Shown here one piece after another: positions 48,323 to 58,466 of a stretch of 64,000 bases of DNA. The translations under genes were made by a program, and so were the position numbers. The notes below the pieces were generated by a model. The model was not told where the DNA came from and made no database searches. It was given only the letters and a program-made list of their open reading frames with translations. The stretch spans positions 192,001 through 256,000 of the forward strand of contig CAXXWC010000010.1 in NCBI GenBank assembly GCA_963668645.2, read 5' to 3'. This stretch comes from Desulfobacterales bacterium (GTDB lineage Bacteria; Desulfobacterota; Desulfobacteria; Desulfobacterales; UBA2174). Positions within the stretch are counted from its first letter, which is position 1; every line of letters starts with the position of its first letter.

Positions 48323-48685
48323 ATGAAAAAGCACGCAGTTGGTCCGCCGTTGGGAAAACCGTCCACAGCGCCTCGAATCATGCTCGACCTGTCGCGCCAC
48401 TGCATCCAGACCGCCTTGCGACGATGCTACGAAACACGGGTGGCCCGGTATTTTAAATCCGATGCGCCACAGGACGTCCTGGAAACGGAAATCGATCTGC
48501 TGCAACGCGCCCTGGAAACCCTCGATTTCGGCGCCCTGCGCAGCCGTTGGCCCGCCCTGGCCGGAGGGCATCGGGTTCCGGTCGTATTCACGATGGCCGG
48601 GGACCGGATCGCGATCGAACTTTCAAACGAGACGATCCTTGCTCCCCTGCGCCGCGGGGTTTTAAACTTGAAATCGGAAAGTTGA
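48323..48685 (+). CDS. Hypothetical protein
   Basis: 120-aa ORF filling the intergenic gap; CIQTALRR...LETLDFGALRS..PALAG. Confidence 0.55.
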   Translation: MKKHAVGPPLGKPSTAPRIMLDLSRHCIQTALRRCYETRVARYFKSDAPQDVLETEIDLLQRALETLDFGALRSRWPALAGGHRVPVVFTMAGDRIAIELSNETILAPLRRGVLNLKSES

Positions 48686-48841
48686 AAGCGGTCCCCGGCA
48701 GCCTGCCGGATAAACAAGTATCGGGTTGTCAGACAAGGCACGACCGAATTCGAAAAACGCAGCAGGTTGGGCAGATGTACGCAGTTTCGAAATCGGTCGC
48801 AACGCCGCATGGCGGCTCGAACGCCGTTCATCCACAGGCTG

Positions 48842-49555
48842 TCAGGCGTCCTTGGAAGCGCTTTGGCCCTGGCTGGCCTGCCGGTAGCAATCGTAGTAGG
48901 CCAGAACCTTTTTCACATAGCGCCGGGTGGTCTGGTATGGCGGGATTCCCTGGTGGCGCCGGACATTGCTCGGACCGGCGTTGTAGGCGGCCAGGGCCAG
49001 GGTCGGATCACCGTCGAAACGATCAATCAGCTGGCGAAAATAGCGTACCCCGGCGGTGATGTTGTGCTCCGGATCGAAGCTGTCCGAAACCCCGAGCATG
49101 TCGGCGGTCTCCGGCATCAGCTGCATCAGGCCCTGGGCGCCCCGGTGGGAGACAGCCCTGGGGTCGTAGCCGGATTCGGCCATGATGATGGCCTTGACCA
49201 GGGCCGGATTGATCTTGTAGCGGTGCGCCACTTTATGGATGATCGCCTGGTAAAGGTGCACCGTGCGGCGCACCTGGCGCGTATACTCCGGGGGATTGAT
49301 CCGCGGAGTTGGCGCCGGGGTCCTGAGCGCGACCTTGGCCTGCCGGGCCGGGCCGCTTGCAGCCTGCACCGGTGGGGCTTCCCGGATCTGTTTAACGGCC
49401 AAGATTGGCTGGTTCGTCACCGGACTCGCTTCTTTTATCCGCCGCACCGTCGCGTCGGTCACCCATATCGTTCCGCAGCAAAGCGCCAGAATCAGCAGGC
49501 GGGACCGGCGGCGGGCGGTGGAGCGGTCCGGACGTCTGAACGCGGGATCCTCCAT
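48842..49555 (-). CDS. Lytic transglycosylase (SLT domain)
   Basis: AIIMAESG, GAQGLMQLMP, ALAAYNAGP; AGGAGG RBS. Confidence 0.92.
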   Translation of the reverse strand: MEDPAFRRPDRSTARRRSRLLILALCCGTIWVTDATVRRIKEASPVTNQPILAVKQIREAPPVQAASGPARQAKVALRTPAPTPRINPPEYTRQVRRTVHLYQAIIHKVAHRYKINPALVKAIIMAESGYDPRAVSHRGAQGLMQLMPETADMLGVSDSFDPEHNITAGVRYFRQLIDRFDGDPTLALAAYNAGPSNVRRHQGIPPYQTTRRYVKKVLAYYDCYRQASQGQSASKDA

Positions 49556-49630
49556 TTTTAACCTCCTGTGCAACAAATTCACTGGGGGATTTTGTTTATT
49601 GGAATCGAGAGGTTATGTCAACCCCAAGGA

Positions 49631-49659
49631 ATGGTAGCCGCCAGGGCGGCGGCTACCAT
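49631..49659. terminator. Perfect 12-bp inverted repeat after the DUF6125 gene
   Basis: atggtagccgcc-agggc-ggcggctaccat. Confidence 0.5.
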
Positions 49660-49694
49660 ATATGCGGGAGGCTGTAGAAAGGACGGTCGCCGGT

Positions 49695-50447
49695 CTATTT
49701 ATCGGCAGGCAGACGGAAGCGCCAGGCGCAGAACCAATGGTCCGGATGGGGATCGGGCGGGCAGCCGATGCACTCGGTGACGATGCGGCTGTCGATGGCG
49801 CGGGCGAACTCGCTGTACTCGACCAAACCGCCCGATTTGCAAGGATAATCGTCCAGTCCCTTGCGCTTGCGGGCGGCCTGGACCCGGCACTGGTTCATCT
49901 GAAACACGAAGCTGTCCGGCTCTTCTTCCACGATGGACTGGGTGTTGATCACCGCGTAAAGCCTGAATCCAAGCGCCTGCTTGAGCCCTTCCAGGCCCGG
50001 CTGGGCTGAAAGACCGAGAAAGCGGCGAATCGACCAGGCCTCAACCGGCGAAAACCGCGACCAGCAGGAATCATTGCAGCGCTTGGCATCGTTCATGCCG
50101 CTGGAAAATTCCACCGCCTGAAACCAGACCCCGTCATTGGCCAGCCAGTTGACCGACACGGCATCGAGCAGGGCGCGAAGCTGTTCTGCGGACATCTGTT
50201 TCAACGGTGCCGGCACCCCGTCGACCATTTCGATGCCCAAGACATTGGCCAGGCGTTTGAGCTGGATCGCAACACTGCGCTGTGAGGCCTTGTCCAGGGC
50301 CTCCATGGCCCTGGCGGTCCCCATCTGGTGGCGCACCTCGTTGAACCACAACCCATAATGCAGCACGATGCGATGGAGAAAATCGCCGATCAGCCTGAGC
50401 GTCTCCTCTTCGTTGAGTTCGTCGATGCCCAAGGGTTTGCCGGTCAT
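49695..50447 (-). CDS. DUF6125-like protein
   Basis: HYGLWF, NWLANDGVWFQAVE, CRVQ.ARKRKGL..YPCK, C..CPPD.HP..W.CAW.F. Confidence 0.72.
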   Translation of the reverse strand: MTGKPLGIDELNEEETLRLIGDFLHRIVLHYGLWFNEVRHQMGTARAMEALDKASQRSVAIQLKRLANVLGIEMVDGVPAPLKQMSAEQLRALLDAVSVNWLANDGVWFQAVEFSSGMNDAKRCNDSCWSRFSPVEAWSIRRFLGLSAQPGLEGLKQALGFRLYAVINTQSIVEEEPDSFVFQMNQCRVQAARKRKGLDDYPCKSGGLVEYSEFARAIDSRIVTECIGCPPDPHPDHWFCAWRFRLPADK

Positions 50448-50511
50448 TTCACCTTCCTTTCTTTAATGGGCGTGAATTGGGAACAGGGCGCAAAAAAAGA
50501 CAAGATTGCGC

Positions 50512-51159
50512 TCATGCCTGGTAGAGCACGGCCAGGATGGTCGCCTGGTCCCGGGCCGCGGTAATCAGGTGCGGGGTCGTGGACAGGTAGTAAGCGCTGT
50601 CGCCCGGTTCAAGCTCAAAGCGTTCGCCGCCGATTTCCAGCAGCACAGCCCCCTCCAGCACGTATACGAACTCTTCGCCCTCGTGGACCGAACGGCTCTG
50701 GTCCGGATTGGAATCCAGGTGTACCACCAGCGCCTCCATGTGACGGCCCTGGACTTCCGGGGCCAGGCTCATATAGGTGTAGGCTTGGCGGGCCCCCTTG
50801 CGCCGGGTCGACCGGCTGACGATCTTGCGTTCGTCTTTGCGGGTGATGGCGTAAAGGCGGTCTCCCACCCCGGACACCAGCCGCCCGAAGGCCCCCTCGA
50901 GGGCCTTTGACAGGCGCATCAGGGTCCCGAGCTGGGCCTGGACCTGCCCGGTCTCGATCTGTTTGAGCAGCTCCACCTCGAACCCGGTCATGCTGGACAA
51001 GGTTTCGAGGGAAACCCCCTTTTCCTCGCGCAGGGTCTGGATCCGTTTGCCGATATCCAGCGGGGAAACGCTGCCGGTCTTGGGGTGATGGATTTCCCCG
51101 GTCAGATCCTCGAAAAAATCGACGTTGATATACGGTTTGGACGTGTCTTGGTCGGCCAT
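50512..51159 (-). CDS. XRE HTH-cupin transcriptional regulator
   Basis: IGKRIQTLRE..G.SL; HEGEEFVYVLEG...L.PGDS.Y..S..PH. Confidence 0.9.
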   Translation of the reverse strand: MADQDTSKPYINVDFFEDLTGEIHHPKTGSVSPLDIGKRIQTLREEKGVSLETLSSMTGFEVELLKQIETGQVQAQLGTLMRLSKALEGAFGRLVSGVGDRLYAITRKDERKIVSRSTRRKGARQAYTYMSLAPEVQGRHMEALVVHLDSNPDQSRSVHEGEEFVYVLEGAVLLEIGGERFELEPGDSAYYLSTTPHLITAARDQATILAVLYQA

Positions 51160-51204
51160 CTCAGCCCCCTCGTCGTCTTAGGCTTGGGTTGATGTCGTCT
51201 CGGT

Positions 51205-52371
51205 TCACGGCCGGCAGCACTCGGGCAGCACCGCCTCAGGGCACCAATCGTCCGGAAATTTCTGCCCCTGGGTTTCGCCGAGTTTGGCCTTGAGTTTCTT
51301 GAGACCGGGCCGGGCGAATTCCATGTGGCCTTCCTTCAGGGTGCGTCCGTTGATGATCGCCTCACTGCGCAAGCGCTTGCCCGAGGTCCGTTCAAGCTGG
51401 CGGCCCAGCCACAGCACCCGGTCGACGTCGTAGCCGTGGGCGATGCCCATCTCGTCGATTTGTACCAGCAAATCTTCAAGACATACAAGCCCCACGTAGC
51501 GTGGGTCCTTATAATAATAGTCGCCGGTGCCCGGGACCGGGCAGTCGTCGAGAAAGTTGGCCGGCTGCCCGCCCAGCCCGCCCAGGGTGGCCTCGAAGTG
51601 GGTGATCCCCGCCTGCAGCGCCGCCAGCACCGAAGCGCTGGCCACCCGCTTGGTCTCGTGGAAATGGGCGATGTGCAGGCGCGTATCCGGCATGGCGTCC
51701 AGGACCATGGAAAAATACCGGTAGACTTCAGGGGCCGAGGCGCTGCCGTCATGATCGGCGTGCTCGATGTCGCTGGCCCCGATCTCCAGCCAGCGCTTGG
51801 TGAACTCCACCGCGTCCTTCAAGGCGGTGGCCCCGGCGATGGGGCTGCCCCAGATAGTGCTCACCGTGCCGCACATCTTCAATCCGGCATCGGCGCACTT
51901 GCGGCAGCAGCGTTCGGCCTCGCGCCAGTAGTCGGGCAGCGTGGTTCCGGAATTGGCGAAGTGGTGCTCCTCCTCGGTAGAGACCATCATCAGGCAGCGG
52001 TCCGGCCCGACCCCCTGCTGTTTCAAGGCGATGGCCTGGTCCACGGCCCGCTCGCGGATGGTAACGGCCGTGATCGTGATCTCGTCGTAGTCGATGCCGC
52101 GCTTGGCGCAGCTGCTTTTGAAGCGTTCGCTGCGCAGCTGTTGCAGCACCTCCCGGGCATCTGAAAACTGGGGCATGAGATAGGGGTTGCCCAGGTTGGT
52201 GACCTCGATGTCGCGGCAGCCGGCGTAGATCATCTCCTGGGCGTAAAAAACCTTGGCCCGGGTGGAGACGAACTTTTCAAGGTGCTGGAATCCGTCGCGC
52301 ACCGTGATGTCGCCGATGGTCACTTTGCGCGGCAGGCGCGGAAAAATTTCCCAGTAGTCGTATTCGGTCAT
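51205..52371 (-). CDS. HMG-CoA lyase-like (DRE-TIM) enzyme
   Basis: DITVRDGFQ, HFHET, GGLGGQP; context of acyl-CoA dehydrogenase and crotonase. Confidence 0.8.
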   Translation of the reverse strand: MTEYDYWEIFPRLPRKVTIGDITVRDGFQHLEKFVSTRAKVFYAQEMIYAGCRDIEVTNLGNPYLMPQFSDAREVLQQLRSERFKSSCAKRGIDYDEITITAVTIRERAVDQAIALKQQGVGPDRCLMMVSTEEEHHFANSGTTLPDYWREAERCCRKCADAGLKMCGTVSTIWGSPIAGATALKDAVEFTKRWLEIGASDIEHADHDGSASAPEVYRYFSMVLDAMPDTRLHIAHFHETKRVASASVLAALQAGITHFEATLGGLGGQPANFLDDCPVPGTGDYYYKDPRYVGLVCLEDLLVQIDEMGIAHGYDVDRVLWLGRQLERTSGKRLRSEAIINGRTLKEGHMEFARPGLKKLKAKLGETQGQKFPDDWCPEAVLPECCRP

Positions 52372-52381
52372 AAACGCCTCC

Positions 52382-53164
52382 TTATTTTCCCTTATAAACC
52401 GGCTTGCGCTTCTCGCGAAAAGCCGCCAGCCCTTCGAGGCGGTCTTCGGTGGGAATGGTCACCCAGTAGGCGGCCGACTCGATGGCCAACCCGGTGCCCA
52501 GATCGGTTTCCATCCCATGATTGATGGCGTACTTGGCCTGGGACACGGCGATGGGGCCGGCCTGGCAGATCTCGGCGGCCAGGGCCAGGGATGCATCGAG
52601 CAGCTCTTGGGCCGGGCAAACCTGATTGACCAGGCCGATTTCCAGGGCCCGGGCCGCATCGATGCGCCGGCCGGTGAAGATCAATTCCTTGGCCTTGCCC
52701 TTGCCCACCAGCCGCGGCAGCCGCTGGGTGCCGCCGGCCCCGGGGATGATGGCCAGGCGGGTCTCGGTGAGCCCCAGGGTGGCCGAATTGGCCGCGATGC
52801 GCAGATCGGATGCCAGGGCCAGCTCGGTCCCGCCGCCCAGGGCCACCCCGTTGACGGCGGCGATCACCGGCTGGGGAAGCTGCTCGATCTCGGAAAACAG
52901 ATTGCGGATGGTGTGGATAAAAGCCCGCACCTGGGAGGGGGGCAGGCCGGCCCGCTCCTTGAGATCGGCGCCGGCGCAAAAGGCCCGCTCACCGGCGCCG
53001 GTGATGATCACCACCCGCACCTGGTCGTCGAAGCGGACCTGGTCCACGGCCTCTTTCAGCGCGCGGAGCATCTCGAAGTTGAGGCTGTTCATGGCCTGGG
53101 GCCGGTTAAGGGTCCAGACGGCCACCCGGTCCTCGATGTGGGTCAGCAGTACCGATTCACTCAT
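52382..53164 (-). CDS. Enoyl-CoA hydratase, methylglutaconyl-CoA hydratase-like
   Basis: AFCAGADLKER, ALGGGTELALA, IIPGAGGTQRLPR. Confidence 0.9.
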   Translation of the reverse strand: MSESVLLTHIEDRVAVWTLNRPQAMNSLNFEMLRALKEAVDQVRFDDQVRVVIITGAGERAFCAGADLKERAGLPPSQVRAFIHTIRNLFSEIEQLPQPVIAAVNGVALGGGTELALASDLRIAANSATLGLTETRLAIIPGAGGTQRLPRLVGKGKAKELIFTGRRIDAARALEIGLVNQVCPAQELLDASLALAAEICQAGPIAVSQAKYAINHGMETDLGTGLAIESAAYWVTIPTEDRLEGLAAFREKRKPVYKGK

Positions 53165-53188
53165 AACAGATCTCCTTTACGTCGCGGT

Positions 53189-54340
53189 CTAGCAGCCGAT
53201 GTGGCGCGAGATCACGATGCGCTGGACTTCGCTGGTCCCCTCGCCGATGTCGAGCAGCTTCTGGTCGCGGTAGAAGCGTTCCACGTCGTACTCCTTCATC
53301 AACCCGTAGCCGCCGTGGATCTGGACGGCATGGTCGGCCACCCGGCCCATCAATTCCGAGCAGTAGAGCTTGGCCATGGCAGCCTGCAGCTCGAAGGGGC
53401 GTCGGCGATCGCGCAGCCAGCAGGCCTTGTAGAGCAGGTTGCGGCCGCACTCGATCTCCATGGCGCAGTCGGCCAGCTTAAAGGCCACGGCCTGAAACTT
53501 GCTGATGGGCTGGCCGAACTGGTGGCGCTGCCGGGCGTACTGCAAGCCCTTTTCATAGGCCCCCTGGGCCCCGCCGAGTCCCATGGCGCCGATGGAAAGC
53601 CGGCCGCCGTCCAGAGTTTTGAGCATCTGTTTGAATCCGTCGCCGATCTTGCCGAGAATGTTTGCCTCGGACACGCGCACATCGTCGAAGTACAGCTCGG
53701 CGGTGCTCGAAGAGCGCCACATCATCTTGCCCTTCATGGGCACGGCCTTGAATCCGGGGGTGCCGTGTTCGACGATAAAACAGGTGTATTCAGGCTTGCC
53801 GTTGGGCAGCCGTCCGGTGACGGCCTGGACCGTTACCCCCAGGGACAATTCACAGGCCGCATTGGTGATAAAGATCTTCGAGCCGTTGATGACCCACTGG
53901 TTGCCGTCGCGCACCGCGGTGGTCTTGCTGCCGCCGGCGTCGGATCCGGCCGTGGGTTCGGTCAGGCCGAAGCCCCACAGGGCCTCGCCGGTGCACAGTT
54001 TCGGCAGGTAGCGCTGTTTTTGTTCCTCGCTGCCGAAATAGTACAGCGGGCCAATTCCCAGCGAATTGCCAGCAGCGATGGTGGCCGCCTGGGAGCCGTC
54101 CACGCGGGCGATCTCTTCTACCGCGATGATGTAAGCCAGATAATCCATGCCCTGACCGCCGTAAGCCTCGCCGACGAACATGCCGAACAGCCCGATCTCT
54201 CCCATCTTGCGGGTCAATTCAGCCGAAAAGGCCTCCTGTTCGTCCAAGTCCCTGGCCAGAGGTGCGATCTCGCTCTGGGCGAACTTGCGCACCTCGCGAC
54301 GGATCATCTCCTGCTCCTTGGTCAGATCGAAGTCCACCAT
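53189..54340 (-). CDS. Acyl-CoA dehydrogenase
   Basis: FGLTEP.AGSDA, INGSKIFITN, QFGQPI, QIHGGYG, IGEGTSEVQR. Confidence 0.95.
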   Translation of the reverse strand: MVDFDLTKEQEMIRREVRKFAQSEIAPLARDLDEQEAFSAELTRKMGEIGLFGMFVGEAYGGQGMDYLAYIIAVEEIARVDGSQAATIAAGNSLGIGPLYYFGSEEQKQRYLPKLCTGEALWGFGLTEPTAGSDAGGSKTTAVRDGNQWVINGSKIFITNAACELSLGVTVQAVTGRLPNGKPEYTCFIVEHGTPGFKAVPMKGKMMWRSSSTAELYFDDVRVSEANILGKIGDGFKQMLKTLDGGRLSIGAMGLGGAQGAYEKGLQYARQRHQFGQPISKFQAVAFKLADCAMEIECGRNLLYKACWLRDRRRPFELQAAMAKLYCSELMGRVADHAVQIHGGYGLMKEYDVERFYRDQKLLDIGEGTSEVQRIVISRHIGC

Positions 54341-54349
54341 GCCCTCCTT

Positions 54350-54967
54350 TCAAAGTGCCGAATGCGAAAGTTTCCCGTCTGCCGGGCGTAAAAGGCGGTC
54401 ACACCCTTTCAGGCCGCTGATGATAAAGTCTTCGTAAATGGTTGCGATCTGTTCCACCGTCAGGCGGCCTTCGGGCTTGAACCAGGAAGCCCCGGCCGTG
54501 CAGAGGGTCAAAATGGCATAGGAAAGGATCTTCACATCCCCGGAGGCAAAGACCTTGCCGGCCTGGCCTTCGGCGATCAAATCCTGAAAGATTTTCTCGT
54601 AAGCATCGCGCCGGGCCACGATGGCACCTATGTGCTCGGCGGTCAGCCCCCGCAGCTCGCTGTTGGCGATAAAGGTCTCTTTCTGGCGCCGCAGGTGAAA
54701 CTGGACATGGCCGCGCACCGCGGCGCGCATACGCGCCTCGAGGCCCTCGCTGCCGTCAAGACTGGCCTGCAGATGGGCCATCAGTTCGTCCATGGTCACC
54801 CGCAGGATATGAAACAGGAGGGCTTCCTTGCTCGGATAGTGGTGGTAGAGACTGGCCTTGCGGATCCCGCTGCCGGTGGCGACCTCACTGATACTCGTGG
54901 CAAAGTATCCCTTGGCGTAAAAAAGATCGATGGCCACCTGGCGGATCGTATCCTTCATAGGGGACAT
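54350..54967 (-). CDS. TetR-family regulator
   Basis: LFYAKGYFATSISEVA...GIRKASLYHHYPSKE. Confidence 0.9.
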   Translation of the reverse strand: MSPMKDTIRQVAIDLFYAKGYFATSISEVATGSGIRKASLYHHYPSKEALLFHILRVTMDELMAHLQASLDGSEGLEARMRAAVRGHVQFHLRRQKETFIANSELRGLTAEHIGAIVARRDAYEKIFQDLIAEGQAGKVFASGDVKILSYAILTLCTAGASWFKPEGRLTVEQIATIYEDFIISGLKGCDRLLRPADGKLSHSAL

Positions 54968-55111
54968 GGGCACGCAATCCGGGAACAAATCTCCCCGATG
55001 AATCGGGGAGGCGTCAATAAATGAGAGTCTTTCGCTGGGGGAGTATAACCAACCGGCCGCCCGGTAGGGCTGCGCTACTATTTCATGCCGCCCATTGAAA
55101 GTCAAGCCCGT

Positions 55112-56773
55112 TCAAAAACAGATCGGATAGGCGGCCGGGCCGGGGTGCGAAGGCTTGCCGGCGGCCGGCCGGGTGCGAAACTGATCGAGATAATCCTCCT
55201 CCAGGGCCAGCGGCGTGGCGATCTGGGGATGGCTGCGGATTTCGGCCAGCAGAGCGTTCACGACCTGCGGATCGAATTGGGAACCAGCGCCGGCCTCGAG
55301 CCGGCCAAGCGCGCGGTCCAGGGTGACCGGCGCCATGTGCGGCCGGCCGGATAGCATGCAGTCCAGGGCGTCGCAGGCCGCCAGGATACGCGCGCCGCGG
55401 GGGATCTGCTCGCCTTGCAGACCGTCGGGGTACCCCCTGCCGTCGAAGCGCTCGTGGTGATGGCGCACCAGGGGCACCAGGTCCTGAAGATAGGTCAGGG
55501 GGCTGAGGATGCGGGCCCCGATCACCGGGTGCATCCGGATGATGTCCATCTGCGAGTTCGAAAGCCGTCCGAGCCGGCTCAGAATCCTGTCCTGCATGCC
55601 GATCTTGCCGATATCGTGGAGCAGGCCGGCCTGGTAGATCGTCTCGGCCTGGTGCGCCGGGATCCCCAACGCCTGGGCGCTGCGCCGGGCGTAGTAGGCC
55701 ACCTTGAGCGAATGGCCGTGGGTCACCGGGTCCTTGGCCTCCAGGGCCAGGGCCAGGCCTTCCACCGTCTGGCGAAAGGCGGTGAGCATCTTTTCGTCGT
55801 AGCGCAGGGCCTTGTGCAGGGCCACAGCCCCCTGTTCGGCCAGGGCCTGGAGAAACCGGGCCTCGCTGGCGGCCAGGTCCCGCTGCCGGCCGAAGTAAAC
55901 GGCCAGGACGCCGGCATAGGGGGCCACGATGGAGACCGGCACCCCCACCACGGTGCGCACCCGCTTTTTGCCGAGCCGCTCCAGGTTGGGAATGCGCGGG
56001 TCGTAGCGGGCGTCTCCGATCACCAGCGGACCGCCGGCCCCCAGGGGAAACAGGTTGACCAGGCTAGAATAGTCCGCGGCGGAAAGGCTCTCGTAGTCGA
56101 ATCCGCTGCTGACCCGGTCGCGGATCAGGCCCTGGTCCGCGTCCAGAATCCAGAAAATCACCCCCTTGGCATCCATCACGCCCCGGACCTGCTCGACGAT
56201 GGTGGCCAGGATGGTCTGCACATCCTGACCGGCATGGATGGCCTGCATGACCCGGCGGAAAGTGTCGAAGTAGCGGGTCTGGAGCAGGCTGCAGCGGATG
56301 GCGGCCGCCCCCTGGGATGCCACCGCATCCAGAAAGCGCACATCGTCGTCGTTGAGCAGGGCCGGATGGTCGAAGTAGATGCGCAGCACCATGCGCAGGT
56401 GACCGATCAATTCGAAGGGGAGGCTGACGATGGCCCTGATCCCCTCGGCGGCCGCCTCGAGCGGATACTGGACCCGGGGATCTGCGGCCACATCCCGGAT
56501 CACGATGGGCCCGTCCTCGAAGACTTCCGAGATTTCGTGGGCGGCCCGTACGCTGCCTTTTTCAAGGTAGCGCGCGCTGAGCCCCCAGGCGGCCCGCAGG
56601 CGCAGTTCGCCGCTGGCCGGATCGAGCATGCGCAGCGTGCAGCCCTTGGCCCCGATGGCCTGGCCGATGCGCTGCACCATTAGTTCCAGGGCGGCGTCCA
56701 GATCCTCGCCGGACTGGATGGCGTTGCTCACTTCGGCAAAGACGCGAAAAAATCTGGCGGCTCGAGCATCCAT
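55112..56773 (-). CDS. GAF-GAF-HD-GYP phosphodiesterase
   Basis: Two GAF-like repeats; GHS, LHDIGKIG, HHERFDGRGYP. Confidence 0.9.
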   Translation of the reverse strand: MDARAARFFRVFAEVSNAIQSGEDLDAALELMVQRIGQAIGAKGCTLRMLDPASGELRLRAAWGLSARYLEKGSVRAAHEISEVFEDGPIVIRDVAADPRVQYPLEAAAEGIRAIVSLPFELIGHLRMVLRIYFDHPALLNDDDVRFLDAVASQGAAAIRCSLLQTRYFDTFRRVMQAIHAGQDVQTILATIVEQVRGVMDAKGVIFWILDADQGLIRDRVSSGFDYESLSAADYSSLVNLFPLGAGGPLVIGDARYDPRIPNLERLGKKRVRTVVGVPVSIVAPYAGVLAVYFGRQRDLAASEARFLQALAEQGAVALHKALRYDEKMLTAFRQTVEGLALALEAKDPVTHGHSLKVAYYARRSAQALGIPAHQAETIYQAGLLHDIGKIGMQDRILSRLGRLSNSQMDIIRMHPVIGARILSPLTYLQDLVPLVRHHHERFDGRGYPDGLQGEQIPRGARILAACDALDCMLSGRPHMAPVTLDRALGRLEAGAGSQFDPQVVNALLAEIRSHPQIATPLALEEDYLDQFRTRPAAGKPSHPGPAAYPICF

Positions 56774-56877
56774 GTCAAAGCGCTCTCGGCTTTCAGAGGA
56801 TCACCAAACAACACTCCGGGTGACGGCCGAAACACTGCGCCGTCACCTGCTTAAAGCGGCAAAAGCTCAGCTGCCGG

Positions 56878-57654
56878 TCAGCGTCCGCGCCAGTTGGGCG
56901 TTCTTTTCTCGGCAAAGGCCGCCAACCCTTCCATGGCGTCCTCGGTGCTGCACAGGGCCGCAAACATCTCCCCGAGGTAATCCAGGGACTGATGGTAGGG
57001 CAGATCGCTCATGGCGTAGATCCCCTGCTTGCCGACTTGCAGGGCCAGGGGGCTTTTGGCAGCCAGCCTGGCCGCCAGGGCCATGGCCTCGGCCTCGACC
57101 TGATCGGCCGGCACCACCTTGTTGACCAGCCCGAGCCGTTCAGCCTCGGCCGCGGGAAGCATCTCACCGCCCAGAACCATTTCGAGGGTCTTCTTGCGCC
57201 CCACCAGGCGGGCCAGGGGCACGGCCGGCCCCAGGCAGATCAACCCGACGTTGATCGCCGTGGTGCCGAACTTGGCGTTGTCGGCGGCCACGGCCAGATC
57301 GCAGGCGAACACCAACCCGGCGCCGTTGGCGATGGCATAGCCGTTGACCGCCGCGATCACCGGCTTTTTCATCCGGGCGATGGTATGGTTGTGGGCATCC
57401 ATCTGCTCGATGAGGCTGCGGTATTCGGCATGGGTCTTACCCTTGAATTCTTCCAGGGCGATACCCACCGAAAAGTGTTTGCCGGCGGCCCGGATCACCA
57501 CCACCCGCACCGCTTCGTCCCCGTCCAGGTCGCACAGGGCCTGGTTGAGCTGCCGGGCGAAGGCAACGGTAAAGGTGTTCATCTGCTCGGGGCGGTTGAG
57601 GGTGATGATGCCGATCCGGTCCCTGGTTTCCACGAGAATTGGGTTCTCCGTCAT
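56878..57654 (-). CDS. Enoyl-CoA hydratase/isomerase family protein
   Basis: ITLNRP, KPVIAAVNG, ACDLAVA; AAGGAGG RBS. Confidence 0.9.
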   Translation of the reverse strand: MTENPILVETRDRIGIITLNRPEQMNTFTVAFARQLNQALCDLDGDEAVRVVVIRAAGKHFSVGIALEEFKGKTHAEYRSLIEQMDAHNHTIARMKKPVIAAVNGYAIANGAGLVFACDLAVAADNAKFGTTAINVGLICLGPAVPLARLVGRKKTLEMVLGGEMLPAAEAERLGLVNKVVPADQVEAEAMALAARLAAKSPLALQVGKQGIYAMSDLPYHQSLDYLGEMFAALCSTEDAMEGLAAFAEKRTPNWRGR

Positions 57655-57765
57655 GAGTGCCTCCTTGGAGATAGTTGGGTTCACCGATAAAAATCGTCTC
57701 GGACCCGTCAGACCTGCCGGCCCTGTCCGGCCTTTTTTCTTTGGCCAGCGCGTCCTCGGCGCCAT

Positions 57766-58326
57766 TCACAGCCAGAGGTAGAGAAAACAGCCGATATAAA
57801 AAAGGGTAAAGATCCCCGCGGCGGCCATGCGCAGGTGGGAAAGCCCCGAAGCCCGGCGCACCGCCGGGTACTGGACCGCCAGGCCGTAGACCAGGGCGAT
57901 GACCAGATAGACAATCAGTGGTGCCTGGCGGTTGCCGCTCTGGAGCAGCGCCACGGCCGGAGCGGCCGGCCAGAGGGCCACGGCGGCCGCCCCCATGCTC
58001 AGGTAAAGGGGCAAAAACACCGGCGCCCCGCCGATGCCGCGGCAAAAAACCCATGTGAAAAGGGCCAGGCCGCCGTGCATCAAAAAGGCCACCGAGCCGC
58101 CGACCATCACCACCAGAACGGGGTTGAGAGTGGTCGTTCCGGGGGCCAGCCCGCGGGCCGCGAGCAGGCTTTGGCTGGCCCCAAGGGCGCTGGCCCCGTA
58201 CACCAGGCCCAGGGCCAGCACGTTGATCACCGCGTAGCGCAGCACCCGGCGGTCACGGGCCAGCTCACTCCACAACCCGTCGTCCAGCCTCAAGATCCGC
58301 AGCATATCGTCAAAGTAGCGCATCAT
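57766..58326 (-). CDS. Membrane protein (Yip1-like)
   Basis: About five hydrophobic helices. Confidence 0.6.
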   Translation of the reverse strand: MMRYFDDMLRILRLDDGLWSELARDRRVLRYAVINVLALGLVYGASALGASQSLLAARGLAPGTTTLNPVLVVMVGGSVAFLMHGGLALFTWVFCRGIGGAPVFLPLYLSMGAAAVALWPAAPAVALLQSGNRQAPLIVYLVIALVYGLAVQYPAVRRASGLSHLRMAAAGIFTLFYIGCFLYLWL

Positions 58327-58395
58327 TATCCTATACCAGATCCATCCCGGTCCAAGAAGCCCGCTGCAAAAACTTTAGCCGCTCTTTCGTGACGC

Positions 58396-58422
58396 CAAAG
58401 GGAGGCCGAAGCCTCCCTTTTG
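58396..58422 (-). terminator. Rho-independent terminator, possibly bidirectional
   Basis: aaagggaggc-cgaa-gcctccctttt. Confidence 0.8.
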
Positions 58423-58466
58423 GGTCGGAACCTGTCACATCAGATCATCGGTGATCAAAGCAGCAA

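Noticed and set aside
54991..55010. Perfect hairpin ctccccgat-ga-atcggggag upstream of tetR
   Set aside because: Single copy; cannot distinguish operator, REP or terminator
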